Positions 59,864 through 64,000 of a DNA stretch of 64,000 nt are shown here, in pieces (the stretch's first letter is position 1; each line of letters opens with the position of its first letter). This stretch comes from Pseudomonadota bacterium (GTDB lineage Bacteria; Pseudomonadota; Alphaproteobacteria; Sphingomonadales; Sphingomonadaceae). Below the pieces are notes generated by a model. That model saw nothing but the letters and a program-made list of their open reading frames with translations. It made no database searches and was not told the origin of the DNA. The position numbers and the translations under genes were made by a program. The stretch lies in assembly GCA_023387085.1 (NCBI GenBank), contig JAEWIL010000047.1:1141-65140 (forward strand), in the 5' to 3' direction.

Positions 59864-59904
59864 GCCAATCCATCAAGAGCAACAGGATCTTTGGGAATTC
59901 ATCC

Positions 59905-60699
59905 ATGTTCAAATATCTTACGACGTCCGAAATCGATCATAAAATTCTGCACGTCGCGCTGAATAACGGACCTGCCAACAGCGTCGATCAGGCGATGTAC
60001 CAGGAGTTATACGCCTTGTTTTCAGCCCCCGACGCGGTTCTCCCCGACCTGCAAGCGATCATCCTGTCCGGCAACGGCAAGCATTTCTGCGCGGGCAATG
60101 ATCTCGAGGAATTTGCGACGATGACGCCGGAGAACGGACGCGAGCGCATGTGGCGGGTGCGCGAGGCCTTTTTTGCCATCCAGGATTGTCCGGTCCCGGT
60201 AATCGGCGCGGTCCACGGCGCCGCACTCGGTACCGGCCTTGCGATCGCCGGTTCCTGCGACTTTGTCGTCGCCGCGCCCGATGCCCGGTTTGGACTGCCC
60301 GAACTGACCGTCGGGGTCTTTGGCGGGGCGCGGCATCTCGCCCGCATTGCGCCCGAGCCACTGGTGCGGCGGATGTTTTTCACCGGCGAGCATGTGAAGG
60401 CGACCGACTTCGCCGCCGCCGGCGGCTGCGTATTCATCAGCGATCAGGATGATCTTCTGGCCGCGGCGCTGGTCTTTGCCAAACGCGTCGCCGGGTTCAG
60501 CCCGACCGCGGTACGGCTGGCAAAGCAGGTGCTCAATCGCATCGAGGATATGGATCTGAAGGAAGGCTACATCTTCGAACAAGGCTTCACCGTCCAGGCG
60601 AGCGGCCACCCCGATTCAAAGGAAGCCTTGGCCGCGTTCAAGGAGCGCCGGGCGCCCGACTATGCGGCGCGCACGCCGGAGTGGACGATTACTCTTTAA
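59905..60699 (+). CDS. enoyl-CoA hydratase/isomerase family protein
   Basis: FCAGNDL, ALGTG, FGLPE, DSKEALAAFKERR.P. Confidence 0.88.
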   Translation: MFKYLTTSEIDHKILHVALNNGPANSVDQAMYQELYALFSAPDAVLPDLQAIILSGNGKHFCAGNDLEEFATMTPENGRERMWRVREAFFAIQDCPVPVIGAVHGAALGTGLAIAGSCDFVVAAPDARFGLPELTVGVFGGARHLARIAPEPLVRRMFFTGEHVKATDFAAAGGCVFISDQDDLLAAALVFAKRVAGFSPTAVRLAKQVLNRIEDMDLKEGYIFEQGFTVQASGHPDSKEALAAFKERRAPDYAARTPEWTITL

Positions 60700-60744
60700 G
60701 GGTGCTGCAAAACCGGCGGCGCGCTCCGCCGCCGGTGCTGCCCA

Positions 60745-61695
60745 TTAACCGAACCGGCCACGCACCCAGTCAACGGTCTTTGGCACAGCGTCGCCGACGC
60801 GCTCTGCGCCAAGCCGCTGCTCCCAATAAGCCTCCGACCCATGGTCCGCCCGCCAGGCGTGGAGACGACGCGTGTAAAGGTGCAGGTCATATTCCTGGCT
60901 GATGCCGATCGCGCCATGCACCGCATGGGCCACCGCGGCCACCTGCGGCGCGGCGATCGAGGCGATGATTTTCGCGGTGGCGGCGGATGCAAGGCTCGGC
61001 GAGACGCTCCCGCTGCAAGCGAGTTCGACCGCCATGCGCGCCGCCACCACTTGCTCGGCCATCACCGCCATCTGTTGCTGCAACGCTTGCTGGCGGCCGA
61101 TTGGCTTGCCGAACTGCATCCGCTCGCCGGCATAGGCCGCCGAGGCATTGAGCAGCCAATCCGCCGCCCCGGCGATCGCGGCGGCGCGCACCAGCGCCCC
61201 CAACCGTCGCGCCGCCTCGGCCGGCGAGCTGCCATCATCGGGCGCGTCCTGATCCCAGTCGTCCCATTGGCAAAGCACGGTCCCACCCACGTCCTCGAGC
61301 GACAGCAGGTCGCCTGCCGCGCGGAGTCGCGGCGTCAAAGGCGCCGCGAGCCCAGCCGCCGCCACGCCGCCGCGATGGCCGCTGACAATCGACACCGGCC
61401 CTGAGGGCACCGCCGCCCCCAGTCGCGCGAGCAAGGCCCTCGCCACCATCGTGTCGCCGATCGGCACCGGACAAGCGAACCGGCCGCACGCGATCAGGAT
61501 CGGCGCCACGTCCGCCAGCGGCAGCCCCGCCCCGCCCGCGGCTTCCGGCATCAGCGCGTCGAGGAAACCCGATTCTTCGACCGCGCTCCACAGGGGCGCG
61601 AAATCGCCCCCCGCCTCGATTGCCCGGACTGTCGACGCCGGGCATGCGTCCTGCATGAATTTTTCAAAGTGTCCGAGCAGCTCCAGCCGGTCCAT
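60745..61695 (-). CDS. short acyl-CoA dehydrogenase-like subunit
   Basis: RMQFGKPIGRQQALQQ, AVHGAIGISQEY; reduced middle domain. Confidence 0.82.
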   Translation of the reverse strand: MDRLELLGHFEKFMQDACPASTVRAIEAGGDFAPLWSAVEESGFLDALMPEAAGGAGLPLADVAPILIACGRFACPVPIGDTMVARALLARLGAAVPSGPVSIVSGHRGGVAAAGLAAPLTPRLRAAGDLLSLEDVGGTVLCQWDDWDQDAPDDGSSPAEAARRLGALVRAAAIAGAADWLLNASAAYAGERMQFGKPIGRQQALQQQMAVMAEQVVAARMAVELACSGSVSPSLASAATAKIIASIAAPQVAAVAHAVHGAIGISQEYDLHLYTRRLHAWRADHGSEAYWEQRLGAERVGDAVPKTVDWVRGRFG

Positions 61696-62846
61696 CAGCG
61701 CAATCCTATTCCGCGCGCGATGATCCCGCGCAAAATTTCGCGGGTGCCGCCCCGCAGCGAAAAGCTGGGCGCGACATGCGCGACATAGAAGAGTGCACGG
61801 CTCAGCGCGTCGCTGACCTCGACATCGGGATGCGCTGCCAGATCATTGGCAATCGCCACCGGCAATTCCTGTTCAAAACTGGTGCCCAGATCCTTGACCA
61901 GCGATGCCTCCACCACCGGACTTTCCCCCGCCGCCAGCCGCGCCGTGCACGCAATCGACATCGCGCGCAGCGTCGCCAGTCGCGCGGTGAAGTTCCCGGC
62001 GAGCCGCAGCGACGCTTCGCCCGGCGCTCCGACGGTCCGCAGATGATCGATCCAGGCGTCGAGCAGGATGATGCTCGAATAAATACGCTCCGGTCCGCTG
62101 CGCTCGAAGGCCAGTTCGGCGGTGACCTGTTGCCACCCCTGACCCTCGCCGCCGATCAGCGCGGAATCGGGCAGGTCGACATCTTCGAAAAAGACTTCGG
62201 TAAAATGATCGTCGCCGGCCAGATCGCGGATCGGCCGGATGGTCACGCCGGGCGCCTTCAGATCGACGATCAGCTGCGACAGCCCCTTTTGGCGATCTTC
62301 GGGGCCGCCCGATGTCCTGACCAACGCGATCATATAATCGGAATGAAACGCGTTGGTGGTCCAGATCTTTTGTCCGTTGAGCCGCCAGCCGCCGGGCACG
62401 CGCACCGCCCGCGATCGAACGCTTGCGAGATCGGAGCCCGAATTGGGCTCGCTCATCCCGATGCAAAAGAAAATCTCGCCGCGGCAGATGCGCGGCAGAT
62501 AGTCGCGACGTTGCTCCTCGGTTCCGAAATTCAGGATCAACGGCGCGCTTTGACGATCGGCGATCCAGTGCGCCGCGACCGGAGCGCCGAGGCTCAGCAA
62601 CTCTTCCACGACGACGAACCGCGCAAAAGGCCCGCGCCCGCCGCCGCCATATTCCTTGGGCAGCGTCAGCCCCAGAAAGCCCGCCGCGCCAAGCTTGCGG
62701 CTGAAATTCGTGTCGACACCCTGCCACGACCGCGATCGCTGCGCGACCGACAAGGGTGCGGCCGCTTCCTCGGCAAGCGCCCTTATCGACGGGCGTAACG
62801 CGTCGTCCTCAGCCGGAAGCGCGTGGAACGAAAAATTTTCAAACAA
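61695..62846 (-). CDS. acyl-CoA dehydrogenase
   Basis: CIGMSEPNSGSDLAS, NGQKIWT, SLRGGTREILRGIIAR; TTG start after AGGGG. Confidence 0.9.
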   Translation of the reverse strand: MFENFSFHALPAEDDALRPSIRALAEEAAAPLSVAQRSRSWQGVDTNFSRKLGAAGFLGLTLPKEYGGGGRGPFARFVVVEELLSLGAPVAAHWIADRQSAPLILNFGTEEQRRDYLPRICRGEIFFCIGMSEPNSGSDLASVRSRAVRVPGGWRLNGQKIWTTNAFHSDYMIALVRTSGGPEDRQKGLSQLIVDLKAPGVTIRPIRDLAGDDHFTEVFFEDVDLPDSALIGGEGQGWQQVTAELAFERSGPERIYSSIILLDAWIDHLRTVGAPGEASLRLAGNFTARLATLRAMSIACTARLAAGESPVVEASLVKDLGTSFEQELPVAIANDLAAHPDVEVSDALSRALFYVAHVAPSFSLRGGTREILRGIIARGIGLR

Positions 62847-62917
62847 GGCGTCAGTCCCCTGTGGCTGCTCAATAATTGCCCCGTTGGCTCCCAACGATCA
62901 AATATCGATGTCAGAAT

Positions 62918-63805
62918 CTATGATAGGAAATCTATATCACAGTTGCTCCGCGCCTCTTCGACGAAGTTGCGGGCCAGCGGCGCGGCGTCGGGACGACAGG
63001 CGATCCCCGTGGAAATGCCGATCGGGTCCGCCAAAGGCGTCAACCGGACGCCCTTCGGCGCGAAACGCGCCATGCGCGCGGGCACCAAGGCGACGCCCAG
63101 CCCCGATTGGACCAGACTGAGGATGGTTTGCACTTGTACGGCTTCCTGCGCGATACGCGGACTGAAACCGGCGTTGCGACAGGCGATCAGCGCGATCGAG
63201 TGCAATACGCTGACCGGGCCATGCAACACGAACGGGCGATCCGCGACCGCGGCGAGCGCGACTGGACCGCGCGTCATCACAGCGTCGTCCTCGCGATGTG
63301 CCAGCACAAGGACGTCCTCCTCGATGGTCGTGATGTCGAGCCGATGGCGTCGCATCACCGGCAGGCGTACCAGCCCCACATCGAGCTTTCGCGCCTCGAT
63401 CGCCTCGACGATCGCCCAGCTCGTCATTTCGAACAGCTCCAGCTCGGCCAGCGGATAAGCGGCGCGAAAAGGCGGAATGATCTGTGGCAATAGTTCGCCG
63501 ACGACCGATCCGACGAAGCCGACCGACAGCCGGCCGGTTTCGCCGCGCGACCCAAGCCGCGCCGCTTCTGTAACCAGCCCGGCCTGGATCAGCGCATCGC
63601 GCGCGGCCGGCAACGCCGCGGCGCCCGAGGGCGTCAGCGCCACCCCGCGCCGCGTCCGTTCGAACAAGCGCACGCCCAATTCTTCTTCCAGCTTGCGGAT
63701 GGCGACGCTTAGCGGGGGCTGGGAAATATTCAGCCGCTCGGCGGCGCGGTGAAAGTTCAATGTCTCGGCAAGCGTGACAAAGAAACGTAGCTGCCGCAAC
63801 TCCAT
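62918..63805 (-). CDS. LysR family transcriptional regulator
   Basis: MELRQLRFF...NFHRAAERLNISQPPLS..IRKLEEELG. Confidence 0.95.
   Translation of the reverse strand: MELRQLRFFVTLAETLNFHRAAERLNISQPPLSVAIRKLEEELGVRLFERTRRGVALTPSGAAALPAARDALIQAGLVTEAARLGSRGETGRLSVGFVGSVVGELLPQIIPPFRAAYPLAELELFEMTSWAIVEAIEARKLDVGLVRLPVMRRHRLDITTIEEDVLVLAHREDDAVMTRGPVALAAVADRPFVLHGPVSVLHSIALIACRNAGFSPRIAQEAVQVQTILSLVQSGLGVALVPARMARFAPKGVRLTPLADPIGISTGIACRPDAAPLARNFVEEARSNCDIDFLS
62921..62939. promoter_or_regulatory. LysR-type box TGATA-N9-TATCA upstream of the ACAD pair
   Basis: Perfect dyad containing T-N11-A, inside the 3' end of lysR. Confidence 0.55.
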
Positions 63806-63912
63806 GATAGCTCCTGTGTATCTACCTTCTCCAAATTGATATTAGACCTAGATCAGACCGCTGCATAGGGCCGCGTCTGCCGGGTTCTCCCGGCAGGACG
63901 AAGGAGCTGGCC

Positions 63913-64000
63913 GTGAATGATTTCCTGATTATCGAACGCGATGGACCCGTCTTGATCGTGACGCTCAATCGTCCCGACGAACGCAATGCCATTTCCGAAA
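63913..64000 (+). CDS. crotonase/enoyl-CoA hydratase (5' part only)
   Basis: AAGGAG + GTG; VNDFLIIERDGPVLIVTLNRPDERNAISE. Confidence 0.8.
   Translation, partial: MNDFLIIERDGPVLIVTLNRPDERNAISE

Noticed and set aside
1..64000. CRISPR arrays, tRNA/rRNA genes, IS elements, defence systems
   Set aside because: No regularly spaced repeats, RNA-gene signatures, transposase or nuclease motifs seen by eye

Overview
GC-rich alphaproteobacterial DNA; gene content (three TonB-dependent receptors, Nu-class GSTs, sigma-EcfG-type promoters) suggests a sphingomonad. Three blocks. (1) 1-30.1 kb: a large CoA-dependent catabolic region of unknown substrate, with acyl-CoA dehydrogenases (two heteromeric pairs), crotonase-family enzymes, a MaoC-type dehydratase, acyl-CoA ligase, thiolase, HMG-CoA-lyase-like enzyme, CaiB CoA-transferase, two TBDRs, two MFS, two DUF3237 proteins and three GSTs. 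Its divergent promoters carry two recurrent palindromic operators: AGTTRTATAACT (x3) and TTAG-N4-CTAAG (x4). (2) 30.2-52 kb: a ~22 kb general-stress gene block (katE, two hemerythrin-like proteins, GH130, TrxB-like, CinA/PncC, Zn-ADH, SRPBCC, DUF4142, an unannotated ~746-aa protein, Crp/Fnr, histidine phosphatase + NnrD, KTSC, DUF72, hybrid kinase). At least seven of its units are preceded by G(G/C)AAC-N16/17-CGTT-like motifs. (3) 52-64 kb: a second CoA-catabolic block whose AT-rich TetR gene has an in-frame TGA in the HTH, plus a LysR-flanked ACAD pair. Also present: a multiply deleted SDR remnant and a palindromic intergenic repeat. No tRNA, rRNA, CRISPR array, integrase or transposase was seen. 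All calls come from reading motifs by eye; no database search was run.
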